NCBI GenBank assembly: GCA_951406725.2
Contig: OX597822.1
Span: forward strand, 45,694,001 to 45,758,000
From: Octopus vulgaris
Taxonomy: Eukaryota
DNA length: 64,000 nucleotides
Direction: 5' to 3'
Positions 11,213 to 24,105 of this stretch are shown here, piece after piece. The notes beneath the pieces are model-generated. The model searched no databases, was not told the origin of the DNA, and was given only the letters and a program-made list of their open reading frames with translations. The position numbers were made by a program, and so were the translations under genes. Within the stretch, counting starts at the first letter, position 1; each line of letters begins with the position of its first letter.

Positions 11213-14200
11213 TTAATTTTGTTTTTAACCTCTCTATTGTTGGTAGTGCAAAAATAAAACATCATGACCATTTTAGGTGAAGCATATGATTGTGAAGTGC
11301 ACAATGTATAGACATAACTATGCATCCATTGTGACGTGGACGGTAAATTGACGTCAATATACACCCATTATAGTTACAGCGTATAAAACAGACAGTCAAA
11401 AATAGGGTGTATAAATAAATATATTGTAAGTCACAGAACCTTATAACTGATTTGCACTGAAAATATCTGGGGTGCAACCAGTGCAGATTTAAGACAAATG
11501 AGACCCTGTATTAGTTATGAGGCCCATTATATGGACAGTCAGGGATACATGCTCAGGAAATTCATTGTAAAAGAATTTGGTAGGAAGAAGATGCCCCCGA
11601 GATGTTTGCGCTGGTATGGTCATGTGACGAGAATGGCTGAAGATAGTTGTGAGCAAAAGTGCCACACCCTTGCAGTTGAGGGAACCTGTGGAAGAGGTAG
11701 ACCCAGGAAAACCTGGGATGAGGTGGTGAAGCACGACCTTCAAATTTTAGGTCTCACCAAGGAAATGACTAGAGACCGAGACCTATGGAAGTATGCTGTG
11801 CGTGAGAAGACCCGGCAAGACTAGTGAGACCATAACCTGTGGCCTCTACCTGGTATGTAGCCAGTCGACTTATACATACCTTTCCTTCTTGGGACACAAA
11901 ACTCCACTTGTGAAGACCCGTTGAGGCAAGTGAAAATCAAAATCAAAATCAAAATCAAACCAAATGAAATCAGATATCAGAAAGCAGAACCAAAATCGAA
12001 GTCGATCAACATCAATGGAAATTGCAGCTGTGATACCAGTGCCGGTGACAAGTAAGCGAACCATCCGATCATGGCCGTTGCCAGCGCCACCCCAACTGGC
12101 CTCCATGCCAGTGGCACGTAAAAAGCACCATCCATTCGTGGCCGTTGCCAGCCACGCCTGGCCCTCGTGCCGGTGGCACGTAAAAGCACCATTCGATCGT
12201 GGCCATTGCCAGCCTCGCCTGGCCCCCATGCCAGTGGCACGTAAAAAGCACCATCCGTCCATGGCCATTTGCCAGTTCCGTCTGGCACCTGTGCGGGTGG
12301 CACATAAAAAGCACCCACTACACTCACGGAGTGGTTGGTGTTAGGAAGGGCATCCAGCCGTAGAAACACTGTCAGATCAGACGGGGCCTGATGCAGCCTT
12401 CTGGCTTCACAGACCCCAGTTGAACCGTCCAACCCATGCTAGCATGGAAAGCGGACGCTAAATGATGATGATATATATATACATAGATATATAGATAGAT
12501 AGAGAGAGAGAGTATATATTCACACACACACACATATATATTTAGAATAATTAAGTAGTCAGAATGCTGGATGATTATATATATATTTTTTTTATTTACA
12601 TTTCATTTTAATTTTTAGCGCTTTCTTCCATTATTGGATTTATCAAAAAGGAATTTTCTTGGGTTTGCCAAGCAAGGGAGAAGAAAGAAGAAAAAATGTT
12701 TTTTGAGAAGAGGTGTGGCTTTTGTATGGTCAGGCTAGTACTTAGTGGCCTTTTAAGGTGGGGAGGAAAAAGAATTTTTGTATTTGAATTGGTCAAGGTT
12801 TTAATAGAAAAACCAGATATGGTTTCTGACTTTCTTCAGTAAAAATTATAATTGCATTTCCAGGTCTTGCTATTTTGTGTTCATTAAAGAATAGTAGTAT
12901 AGATATGGTCAACACATTCAACAAGAGAAGCTATGGAAAATTCCACTGAGCAAACATTTGGAAATATGTGGAGAAGGAAAATTCAAAATCTTCCCCTTCT
13001 ACAGATGCTCAAGAAATGACCCAAACTTCCAAAAAACAATGAAGCTACACTTCATAAAGAAGTTCACACCAAAATTAAATACTTGAAAAACGGAAATATT
13101 TCAAAATATGTGAAGGAAAATTCAAAGTTTCGAAAGATAATGAAACTTCACAAAAAAAATTCCTTAACAAATATTAACATAAATATATATAAGACGGGCT
13201 TCTTTCAGTTTCCATCTACCAAATCTACTCATAAGTTTTGGTCGGCCCAAGGTTATAGTAGAATACACTTATCCAAAGTGCCATGCAGCAGGACTGAACC
13301 CAGAACAATGTGGTGAGGAAGCAAGCTTCTTACCACAAAGCCACTCTTGTGCTTAAACATTTTTTCAAACAAATACAGTACTGGAGTCGATTCATTGAAC
13401 TAAAATTCTTCAAAGTGGTGCTGCAGTATGGCCACAGCCCAGTAACTGAAACAAGCATAAAATAGAAGATAAAACATACAATGCTACTTTTCAACATCTT
13501 TTATACCTCGTCACCCCTCTCCTCGATACAAATTTGTTTACTTTTTATGTTGTATAGAAAAATAATTTTTAGAAAACCTTTTTTAAACAAATAAATAAAA
13601 GAAAAACTTTCATTACCATATTTCTGTTGAGATGTTCTGTGTTTCTTTCAATTAATTGTAAATATAACAAAGAATTTAGTAAAATAACTTAGTTACCATT
13701 CAGGTAGTGTTAGGAACATAAAGTGTGACTAAGGTTTGGTGGAAGATTTTAATTCAAAACTTATGAAAACAAGACATTTGTACTACAAAGCCAGAGGAGG
13801 TTTCAGCTGGGTTGGTATCAAAAGGGTTAAATTAATCATTGTTAACCCTTTTGTTTCCATATTTCTGTTGAGATGCTCTGTGTTTCTATTAAGTAATTTT
13901 AAATATAACAAAGAATTTTGTAAAATAACTTAGTTATCATTAAGATAGTGTTAGGAACATAAATTGTGACTAAGGTTCCCAACAAGATAACTAATTCTTT
14001 ATGGGGTTGTGAACTGACAGAATTGTCAGTTTTGGGAAAAAAATAGTGTGCATTATTTTTCTGGTTTTTTTTTTTGTTCTGAGTTCAAATTCTGACATTC
14101 ATCGTTTTGAGGTGAATAAAATAATAGTGGCCTAGTTCCTTTCAAGTGTTGGGCCTCACGAAGACAGTGGCTGAGTTCCTTTCGAGTGTTGGGCCTAATG

Positions 14201-17200
14201 AAAACAAAGTGGCTGAGTTCCTTTTGAGTGTTGGGCCTAACAAAGGCAAAGTGGATGAGTTCCTTTCAAGCATTGAGCCTTACAGAGGTAAAGTGGTTGA
14301 GTTCCTTTCAAGTGTTGGGCCTCAGAGAGGCAATGACCAAGACCTTTGGTATTATGTCGTGCTTAAGAAGACCCATTAAACTATGCAAAATCACAGTCAT
14401 GATAGATACCGGTGTCACACAAATGGCACCTGTGCCAGTGGCATGTAAAAGCACTTATTTCACTCTTGGAGTGGTTGGCGTCAGGAAGGTCATTCAGCTG
14501 TAGAAAACCATGTCAAATTGGACTGGAGCCTGGTGTAGCCTTCCAGCTTACTAGTCCTGGTCAAACCATCTAACCCATGCCAGCATGAGCAACAGACGTT
14601 AAATGATGATGATGATGACCCAGCATGGCAGTCTGGCAATAAGTTTGCTTCCCAACCACATGGTTCCATGTTCAGTCCCACTGTGTGGCACCTTGGGCAT
14701 GTGTCTTCTACTATTGCCTTGGGCCGACTGAAGCCGTGTGAGTGGATTTGGGAGATAGAAACTGGAAGAAGCTTGTCATGTGTGTGTGCGCACGCATGCG
14801 TGTGTGTGTGTGTGAGTATGTCTTTGTGTCTGTCATCCACCATCACTTGACAACCATTGCAGATGTGTTTACATCCCCATAACTAAACAGTTCAACAAAA
14901 AGAGAAAAAGTACCAATCTTTGAAAAAAATGTAGCTAATGCCAGTGCTGCCTGACTGGCACCTGTGCCAGTGACACATAAAATGCACCATTCAAGTGTGG
15001 CTGATGCTAGTGCCACCTGACTGGCACCGATGCTGGTGGCACATAAAATGCACCATTCGAGTGTGGCTGATGCCAGTGCTGCCTGACTGACTCCTGTGTT
15101 GATAGCACATAATAAGCACCATTCAAACTTGTCTGATACTAGTGCCACCTGACTAGCTTCTGTGCCAGTGGCATGTAAAAAGCACCATTCAATCATCGCC
15201 GATGCGAGTGTCACCTAACATGTTTTTATGCCGGTGACTCATAAAGAGCACCCACTATACTCCCAGAGTGGTTGGCATTAGGAAGGGCATCCAGCTGTAG
15301 AAACTTTGCCAAATCAGATTGAAGCCTGGTGCAGCCTCCCAGCTTGCCAGTTCTTAGTGAAACCATCTAACACATGCCAGCATGAAACGCGGACATTAAA
15401 CAACAACTTTCTCTTTAAATACCAGCTGAGCACTGGAATCAATGTAATCGACTAGCCCAACACCCCTTATGTCTACGATAGAAAGGATTATTATTAGGTT
15501 GGTGCATAATTATTGGGGCTGTTTTTCAATAAATTTTAGTCAGCAAAAACAATAACAATATATAACAAAAACATCTTTAAATGACGGTCTGATCCTCTGC
15601 CAAGCAAATGGGAAGCAGTAATTGAAGTAGATGGTGAATATGCTCCGGAATAATCATTGAAAGATGTTTTTGTTAAATGTTGTTATCGTTATTGTTGAAT
15701 AAGATTTATTGAAGAAAAGCCGCAGTAATTATGCACCATTAATTTTGTTTTTAACCTCTCTATTGTTGGTGGTGCAAAAATAAAACATCATGACCATTTT
15801 AGGTGAAGCATATGATTGTGAAGTGTACAATGTATAGACATAACTATGCATCCATTGTGACGTGGACGGTAAATTGACGTCAATATACACCCATTATAGT
15901 TACAGCGTATAAAACAGACAGTCAAAAATAGGGTGTATAAATAAATATATTGTAAGTCACAGAACCTTATAACTGATTTGCACTGAAAATATCTGGGGTG
16001 CAACCAGTGCAGATTTAAGACAAATGAGACCCTGTATTAGTTATGAGGCCCATTATATGGACAGTCAGGGATACATGCTCAGGAAATTCATTGTAAAAGA
16101 ATTTGGTAGGAAGAAGATGCCCCCGAGATGTTTGCGCTGGTATGGTCATGTGACGAGAATGGCTGAAGATAGTTGTGAGCAAAAGTGCCACACCCTTGCA
16201 GTTGAGGGAACCTGTGGAAGAGGTAGACCCAGGAAAACCTGGGATGAGGTGGTGAAGCACAACCTTCAAATTTTAGGTCTCACCAAGGAAATGACTAGAG
16301 ACCGAGACCTATGGAAGTATGCTGTGCGTGAGAAGACCCGGCAAGACTAGTGAGACCATAACCTGTGGCCTCTACCTGGTATGTAGCCAGTCGACTTATA
16401 CATACCTTTCCTTCTTGGGACACAAAACTCCACTTGTGAAGACCCGTTGAGGCAAGTGAAAATCAAAATCAAACCAAATGAAATCAGATATCAGAAAGCA
16501 GAACCAAAATCGAAGTCGATCAACATCAATGGAAATTGCAGCTGTGATACCAGTGCCGGTGACAAGTAAGCGAACCATCCGATCATGGCCGTTGCCAGCG
16601 CCACCCCAACTGGCCTCCATGCCAGTGGCACGTAAAAAGCACCATCCATTCGTGGCCGTTGCCAGCCACGCCTGGCCCTCGTGCCGGTGGCACGTAAAAA
16701 GCACCATTCGATCGTGGCCATTGCCAGCCTTGCCTGGCCCCCATGCCAGTGGCACGTAAAAAGCACCATCCGTCCATGGCCATTTGCCAGTTCCGTCTGG
16801 CACCTGTGCGGGTGGCACATAAAAAGCACCCACTACACTCACGGAGTGGTTGGTGTTAGGAAGGGCATCCAGCCGTAGAAACACTGTCAGATCAGACGGG
16901 GCCTGATGCAGCCTTCTGGCTTCACAGACCCCAGTTGAACCATCCAACCCATGCTAGCATGGAAAGCGGACGCTAAATGATGATGATATATATATACATA
17001 GATATATAGATAGATAGAGAGAGAGAGTATATATTCACACACACACACATATATATTTAGAATAATTAAGTAGTCAGAATGCTGGATGATTATATATATA
17101 TTTTTTTTATTTACATTTCATTTTAATTTTTAGCGCTTTCTTCCATTATTGGATTTATCAAAAAGGAATTTTCTTGGGTTTGCCAAGCAAGGGAGAAGAA

Positions 17201-17571
17201 AGAAGAAAAAATGTTTTTTGAGAAGAGGTGTGGCTTTTGTATGGTCAGGCTAGTACTTAGTGGCCTTTTAAGGTGGGGAGGAAAAAGAATTTTTGTATTT
17301 GAATTGGTCAAGGTTTTAATAGAAAAACCAGATATGGTTTCTGACTTTCTTCAGTAAAAATTATAATTGCATTTCCAGGTCTTGCTATTTTGTGTTCATT
17401 AAAGCTAAGGACAATGGTGAATCCAGCATTGGCTGTGACTAATACATGGGGCAAAGTTGATGTTAGAGTTGAATGTGAAGGGAAAAAAGTTTGTACCAAG
17501 ATTTAACACTAAATGAAGGACGCAATTTATACAAAAGTAAATTCAGTGTAAGCATTATAATTATAGCATGT

Positions 17572-17960
17572 AAGGTGGCGAGCTGGCAGAATTGTTAGCA
17601 CGTCGGGTGAAATGCTTAGCGGTATTTCGTCTGCCGCTACATTCTGAGATCAAATTCCGCCAAGGTCGACTTTGCCTTTCATCATTTCGGGGTCGATTAA
17701 ATAAGTACCAGTTATGCACTGTGATCAATATAATCGACTTAATCCATTTATCCTTGTTTTTCCTCTCTGTGTTTAGCCCCTTGTGGGTAGTAAAGAAATA
17801 GGTACTTCGTCTGCCATTACGTTCTGAGCTCAAATGCTGCCGAGGTCAACTTTGCCTTTCACTCTTTTGGGGTGAATAAATTAAGTACCAGTGAAACACT
17901 GGGGTCAATTTAATCGATTAGTCCCCTCCCCACAAATTTGAGGCCTTGTGCCTCCAGAAG
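17572..17960 (+). mobile_element. SINE family A with an internal partial duplication
   Basis: GGTGGCGAGCTGGCAGAATTGTTAGCACG head; the TTCGTCTGCC...TTTGCCTTTCA...AGTACCAG segment occurs twice. Confidence 0.8.
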
Positions 17961-18107
17961 AAAAGATTATAATTATAGTGTGTGAAATACATCCACTGTG
18001 GTTGTATGGGGGACTTGTGCTATGTACACTTGACCACTGGTCCCCAACTAGGGTCCATATGACACCTAGGGTGAGGATACCTTTCTGTTTTTTTTTTTTC
18101 TTTTTAC

Positions 18108-18818
18108 GGATCTTTACCTTTTGACCTACGGATTTAAAAAATAATTTTTTGTAACTAAACACTTTCAAACTTCAGACACTGGTACAATATGTCATATAAA
18201 ACATCTTTTACTGTTAGCATTTTTGAGAAAAACTTATATTTACAAAGTTATCTCACATTAAAGTTGTCCTATTTCGGTAATCTCAACCAATCAAAGACAT
18301 GTATTCAGCTGAATGAAATTACTGCTGTTTTGTCAACAACAACGGTGTATTTTTTGTTTGTCACTGTTATTTATAACAACCCTAAAACCCTAACCCTAAC
18401 CCTAAAACCTTAACCCTAACCCTAAAGCCCTAATCCTAACCCTAAAACTCTAACCCTAACCCTAAAACCCTAACCCTAAAACCCTAACCCTACAACCCTA
18501 ACCCTAAAACCCTAACCCTACAACCCTAACCCTAAAACCTTAAAACCAGTACAAATTCATGAATGATGTCATAAATAACAGTGACAAACGAAGAATACAC
18601 TGCCAATAGTTGTTGACAAACAACGGCAGTAATTTTATTCAGCTGAATACATGTCATTGATTGGTTGAAATTACCAAAATACGAGAACTTTAACATGAAA
18701 TAACTTCGTAAATATGTTTTTCTCAAAAATGCTAAGAATAAAAGATGTTTTATATGACACATTCTACCAGTGTCCGAAGTTTGAAAATCTTTAGTTACAA
18801 AATATTATTTTTTAAATC
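18108..18818. mobile_element. Foldback element related to 3293-4053, with a central (CCCTAA/CCCTAAAA)n array; right end truncated
   Basis: Starts GGATCTTTACCTTTTGA; ~250-bp inverted arms; telomere-like array at ~18380-18545; subterminal AAACTTC...ACTGGTA...TGTCA shared with the 3293 element. Confidence 0.75.
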
Positions 18819-19294
18819 TTTCATAGACTAAAATTTCTTCAAGGCCCCTGAAGAAATTTTAGTTGAATGAATCAATCCTGGCACTTACTGTTTTTTAAGC
18901 CTGGTACTTATTCTATCAGTCTCTTTTTGCCAAAATGCTAAGTTACAGGGACGTAAACCTACCAGCACCGGTTGTCAAGTAGTGGGGGAAGAGACACACA
19001 CACACACATACATATATACGACAGGCTTCTTTCAGTTTCCATCTACCAAATCCACTCACAAGGTTTTGTTTGACCCGAGACTAGAATAGAAGACACTTAA
19101 CCAAGGTACCACACAGTGGAACTGAACCCAGAACCATACTTGCTCTATATAAGACTTTTGAAAGTTCACATAAGAAAATAATAAATTGGAAGTTCGCAGT
19201 AGTGTTTTTAGGGTCCACAAAGAATTTTACTTTAGATGTATTTTTTGCAAAAAACAGTGAAGTTTCTTTCTCTGACAGTTTATATTGTTTAACA

Positions 19295-20154
19295 CAGGGG
19301 TGGGCAATTTTACTGCCCAGAGACCACATATGGCCTGCCATAGAGTTTTCTGCAGCCCATGGAAGCATGAAGCCAAAAAAATTTTCCAAGTCTAAACTGC
19401 TAGTGTCAAGGCTAACACCTTTCTTTCTTCCATGTGTGAAGAAATTTGATGAGAAAATGTTTTCTATTTTTGGATCCACATAGATTTGTGAGCAAAGTTA
19501 TTCCTGCATGAAAATCAACAAGTGTAAAAATAGATCCTCTGTGACTGACATCAACTTCCAGGAAGTGCTGAGGATCTCAACAAGTAACCTCACTCCTGAT
19601 TTCAAAAGAATTATAAGTGTGACGGCTTAGATTTGTCTCGTTAAATTACATGTGCTGGCGGATGTGTAACTTGCATATAAATAAATATAATGAAACCTTT
19701 TATGTGTACCACAATCGTTTTAATTTTATTTGTTTATTATTACGGAGATATACTTGCATAGCAAGTGACCTGATCTGAGATCGTGTGCTGGAACAAAAGC
19801 AATTGCAGCGTCGAAGGTGTTTATAAGCCATTTAAAATACATAAAAACTGTTAGATTCACTTCAACATTTAAATTTAATTTGCAGCATGGAATTTTGTCA
19901 GTGAACAGGTCACAGTTTCAAAGCAACGAAAATATTTTTGCAAATTAAATTTAAATATTGAAGTGAATCTAACGGTTTTTGTGTGTTTTAAATGGCTTAT
20001 AAACACCTTCCATGCTGCAATTGTTTATTTATTATTATTATTATGTAATTTACTATTCGCAATAAATGAATGTAATGCTAGGTAATGAATACAAACAGTT
20101 ATAAGTGCAACCCTCTCAAAGTGATCCCTGAGCCAAAACAATTTCCGACCCCTT
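19295..20154 (+). mobile_element. hAT (Buster/Charlie-like) internally deleted element with a dimerization-domain remnant
   Basis: CAGGGGTGGGCAA...TTCCGACCCCTT termini; exact 8-bp TSD GTTTAACA (19287-19294, 20155-20162); translation MFSIFGST*ICEQSYSCMKINK..RSSVTD. Confidence 0.8.
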
Positions 20155-20519
20155 GTTTAACATGTTTCCAGCCATTGAAACATGTTCTCTCGGAGATGCT
20201 GCTGCAAACCAATACAAGTGAGTGTGTGGAGAACAAAATAAGAATTTGGAAAAAAGTATCTATAAAGTTAGTTTTTAAACATCAAATGGATAAAGGGGTC
20301 GACTAGAATAAAACAGTAATAAAAGGGGTTCATAGGGATAAAAAAAAAATGATTGAGAATCACTGTTCTAAATAAATTAGGCTTTCCCCTCAGATATTAA
20401 AGTGTGGGAATAGTATACAAATTCCAAACAATTTTGCCAAAATTTCTTTAAACTTGGTGATAAAAACTCGATGATAAAAAGAAAAATTTTTTACAGTCAG
20501 TAATGAAAACTTACTCTTT

Positions 20520-20920
20520 TACTCTTTTTTTTACTCTTTTATCTGTTTCAGTCATTTGACTGTGGCCATGCTGGAGCACCACCTTTAGCCGAGCAAATCA
20601 ACCCCAGGACTTATTCTTTGTAAGCCTAATACTTATTCTATTGGCCTTTTTTGCCGAACCGCTAAGTTACGGGGACATAAACACACCAGCACTGGTTGTC
20701 AAGCAATGTTGGGGGGGGGGGGACAAACACAAATATATACACACACACATACATATATATATACATATACACGACGAGCTTCTTTCAGTTTCCATCTACC
20801 AAATCCACTCACAAGGCTTTGGTCAGCCCAAGGCTATAGTAGAAGACACTTGCTCAAGGTGCCACACAGAGCCATGTATTTGGTAAGCAAGCTACTTATC
20901 ACACAGCCACTCCTATGCCT
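20520..20920 (-). mobile_element. SINE family B
   Basis: Near full-length reverse copy. Other copies include 18850-19140(-), 30382-30790(+), 36980-37395(+), 53330-53730(+), 58192-58590(+), 62500-62890(+) and 63235-63690(-). Confidence 0.8.
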
Positions 20921-21234
20921 ATATATTTGGTAATGAAAAGAAAACAAGTGAGGTCACACATGGAATAGAAACATAAAGAAGACAATGGTCTGCAGAGGCG
21001 GTGGGGAGGGATCAGAGAGAGGTGACTGACATGTGGTGTTATGACCCTATCATATGATTCAGCATGAAACATCTCAAATTTAACCAGATAACAAATTTTC
21101 TTGGTGATATTGCATGACTATAAAATTATACATTTCTTGTTTGTAAATTAATTATAAATCTTTCCCACTGCGTTTTTTTCTCATCTTGTTTAAAGAAAAT
21201 GATAGCTGGAGAATATTGTAGAAACAGAAAAATA

Positions 21235-22150
21235 GAAAAGGGGACATATATTGTAAGGGCTGAGAGAAGAGTTGAGGGTTTACATGTATCAATGGGAGAA
21301 GGGTGAACACACTGTAGGGATAGAAGAATTGGGCAAACCTTGTAGAACTGGGAGAATGTGAGGCATTTAGGAAATGGGAAGAGGGAAGCATTTTGTAGGA
21401 CTGAGAGAAGGGAGTACATATTTTAGGGCTGAGGGAAATAGGTATACATTACAGGGCTGAAAGAAGTTGCTGTACATAGCAGGAATAAAAAAAAAACAGG
21501 AGCTGGAATAAAGGGGTATACATCGTAAGGCTAGGAGAAGGGGACACAGATTGTAAGGCTAGGAGAAGTGGGGAACAGATTGTAAGGCTGAGAGGGCAGA
21601 TTGTAAAGCTGGGAGAAGGGAGGATAGATTTTAGGGTTGGGGAAGGGAGCATAGATTGTAGGTTGGGAGAAGGAGACGTAGATTGTAGGGTTGGGAGAAG
21701 GGGACACAGATTGTAGAATTGGGAGAAGGGGACACAGATTTTAGGATTGGGAGAAGGGGACACAGATTGCAGGGTTGGGAGAAGTGGACACAGATTGTAG
21801 GGTTGAGAGAAGGGGACATAGATTGTAGGGTTGGCAGAAGGGGATACAGATTGTGGGGTTGGAGAAGGAAACACAGAGTGTAGGGTTGGAGAAGGGGACA
21901 TAGATTATAGGGTTGGGAGAAGGGGACACAGATTTTAGGATTGGGAGAAGGGGGCACAGATTGTGAGGTTGGGAGAAGGGGACACAAATTGTAAGGATGG
22001 GAAAAGAAAACAGATTGTAAGGTTGGAAGAGGATTGGGAGAAGAAGATACAAATTGTAGGGTTGGGAGAAGGGGACACAGATTGTATAGGTGGAAAATGG
22101 AAAGTACATAGTAGGGGATGAGCAAAGTATAGAACTAGGAGAAAGGGGTA
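21235..22150 (+). repeat. 28-bp G-rich minisatellite
   Basis: Unit GATTGTAGGGTTGGGAGAAGGGGACACA (e.g. starts at 21681 and 21709); degenerate at both edges. Confidence 0.9.
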
Positions 22151-22569
22151 CATATCATACAGGTACATGAAGAGGACTGACCTAAAAGGCTGAAATACCT
22201 TGGTGCCCTACCCTGGTTGTAATGTGCGCATGAAATAAAGCATAACAATACATTCATTATGAGGAAATAAATTGATAGACGTCAATATATAGACTTAATG
22301 CTTGTTATAGCATACAATAGATAGACATATGTATGCTATAGTTGTAAGACACAATAGAAAGAAAGAAATCTACACATAGTATAAGGTTTTAATATAGAGT
22401 TGCTTAACTGGAAAGGAAACCCAACAGTGGTTTTAAGTGGATTCTCTCAACCTTTACATTTTTTTTTAACAATAAAAAAATAATGAAGTACTAGTTAACT
22501 AGCAAGGAGTTAGAACCATCAGCGGGTATTGTTATTAGTTTGTCTATCATTGATGAAAATGACCAAGAA

Positions 22570-22885
22570 CATCAAATGGGAGAATAAGACAGGATGTGGT
22601 GTGTCCAGTTGCAGCCAATAAGTCCAATGTGTGCACGGAAGACTCTGTCACAGGTCAGGGCACTGGTGGTTTGCTGGGACTGAAGGCAAAAAGCTGGTTT
22701 TGGATTTGCATAGTTTTGTGCTTTCTTTGTAGCCCTGCAATCTCGTTCCATTTGAAGGAGATGGTACCTCTGTTGGGGCAGCTTCACCAGGCTGGGCAGT
22801 CTTTTGCTTGTGTTTCCCAGGAGTCAGGGTTGATCTCAAAACTTTCCAGTGAGGCTTTGAGTGTATCCTTGAAGCTGAAGGTACT
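22570..22885 (-). mobile_element. Degraded 3' end of a BovB/RTE-like LINE ORF2
   Basis: Minus frames give FKDTLKASLESFEINPDSWE and CDRVFRAHIGLIG (C2H2-like terminal motif). Confidence 0.65.
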
Positions 22886-23179
22886 AGCAACTAGTATAGT
22901 CACCTGGGATATCATATGTTATGGGGTTCCACATCTTGTGTTTGGGATCTTTGAAATAAAAGGGAGAAAATGATAATATTAAATGAAAGATATTATTCCT
23001 AGATTTAATAAATTGAAATAAAGACTTCCATAAGACTTTTGTAATGTTTATGGATTGGAGTGATATGTGCAGCTGTTGTGGAATTAGTATCACAGTCGGT
23101 GGGTGTAGGATTGGTCAGCTGATATTTGTAGATGACATGGTGCTCATCAGAAGGTGGTCTGCAGCATACATAGCTGTAC

Positions 23180-24105
23180 ATAGACAATTTGGCGGATAGA
23201 CAATTCGGCAGTTAGACAATTTGGCAGATGGACAATTCAGCAGATAGACAATTCGGCAGATAGACAATTCAGCTGATAGACAATTTGGCAGATAGACTAT
23301 TTGACAGATAGACATTTCAGCAGGTAGACAATTTGGCAGATAGACAATTCAGCAGATAGACAATGTGGCAGATAGACAATTCAGCAGATAGGCAATTTGG
23401 CAGATAGACAATTTGGCAGATAGACAATTCAGCAGATAGACAATGTGGCAGATAGCCAATGTGGCAGATAGACAATTTGGCAGATAGACAATGTGGCAGA
23501 TAAACAATTCAGCAGATAGACAATTCAGCAGATAGACAATTCAGCAGATAGACAATTCAGCAGATAGACAATTCGGCAGATAGACAATTCAGCTGATAGA
23601 CAATTTGGCAGATAGACTATTTGACAGATAGACATTTCAGCAGGTAGACAATTTGGCAGATAGACAATTCAGCAGATAGACAATGTGGCAGATAGACAAT
23701 TCAGCAGATAGGCAATTTGGCAGATAGACAATTTGGCAGATAGACAATTCAGCAGATAGACAATGTGGCAGATAGCCAATGTGGCAGATAGACAATTTGG
23801 CAGATAGACAATGTGGCAGATAAACAATTCAGCAGATAGACAATTCAGCAGATAGACAATTCAGCAGATAGACAATTCAGCAGATAGACAATTCGGCAGA
23901 TAGACAATTCGGCAGATAGACAATTTGGCAGATAGACAATTTGGCAGATAGACAATTCAGCAGATAGACAATTTGGCAGATAGACAATTCAGCAGATAGA
24001 CAATTCGGCAGATAGACAATTCGGCAGATAGATAATTCGGCAGATAGACAATTCAGCAGATAGACAATTCGGCAGATAGACAATTCAATGCATAGACAAT
24101 TCAGC
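23180..24105 (+). repeat. 16-bp minisatellite (GATAGACAATTCAGCA) with a 320-bp higher-order duplication
   Basis: Roughly 57 units; the variant AGCTGATAGA recurs at 23271 and 23591 followed by the same series of variants. Confidence 0.95.

Larger units (their letters stand above)
7067..17404 (+). repeat. Tandem segmental amplification A-B-A-B-A, period about 4.53 kb
   Basis: A = 7067-8358, 11599-~12889, 16125-17404; B = 8359-11598, ~12890-16124. Copies are near-identical with scattered substitutions and indels, and the ORF track repeats with the same period. Confidence 0.95.

Noticed and set aside
18380-18545. True telomere or chromosome fusion site
   Set aside because: Short, mixed-unit, single orientation and enclosed by transposon-like inverted arms.
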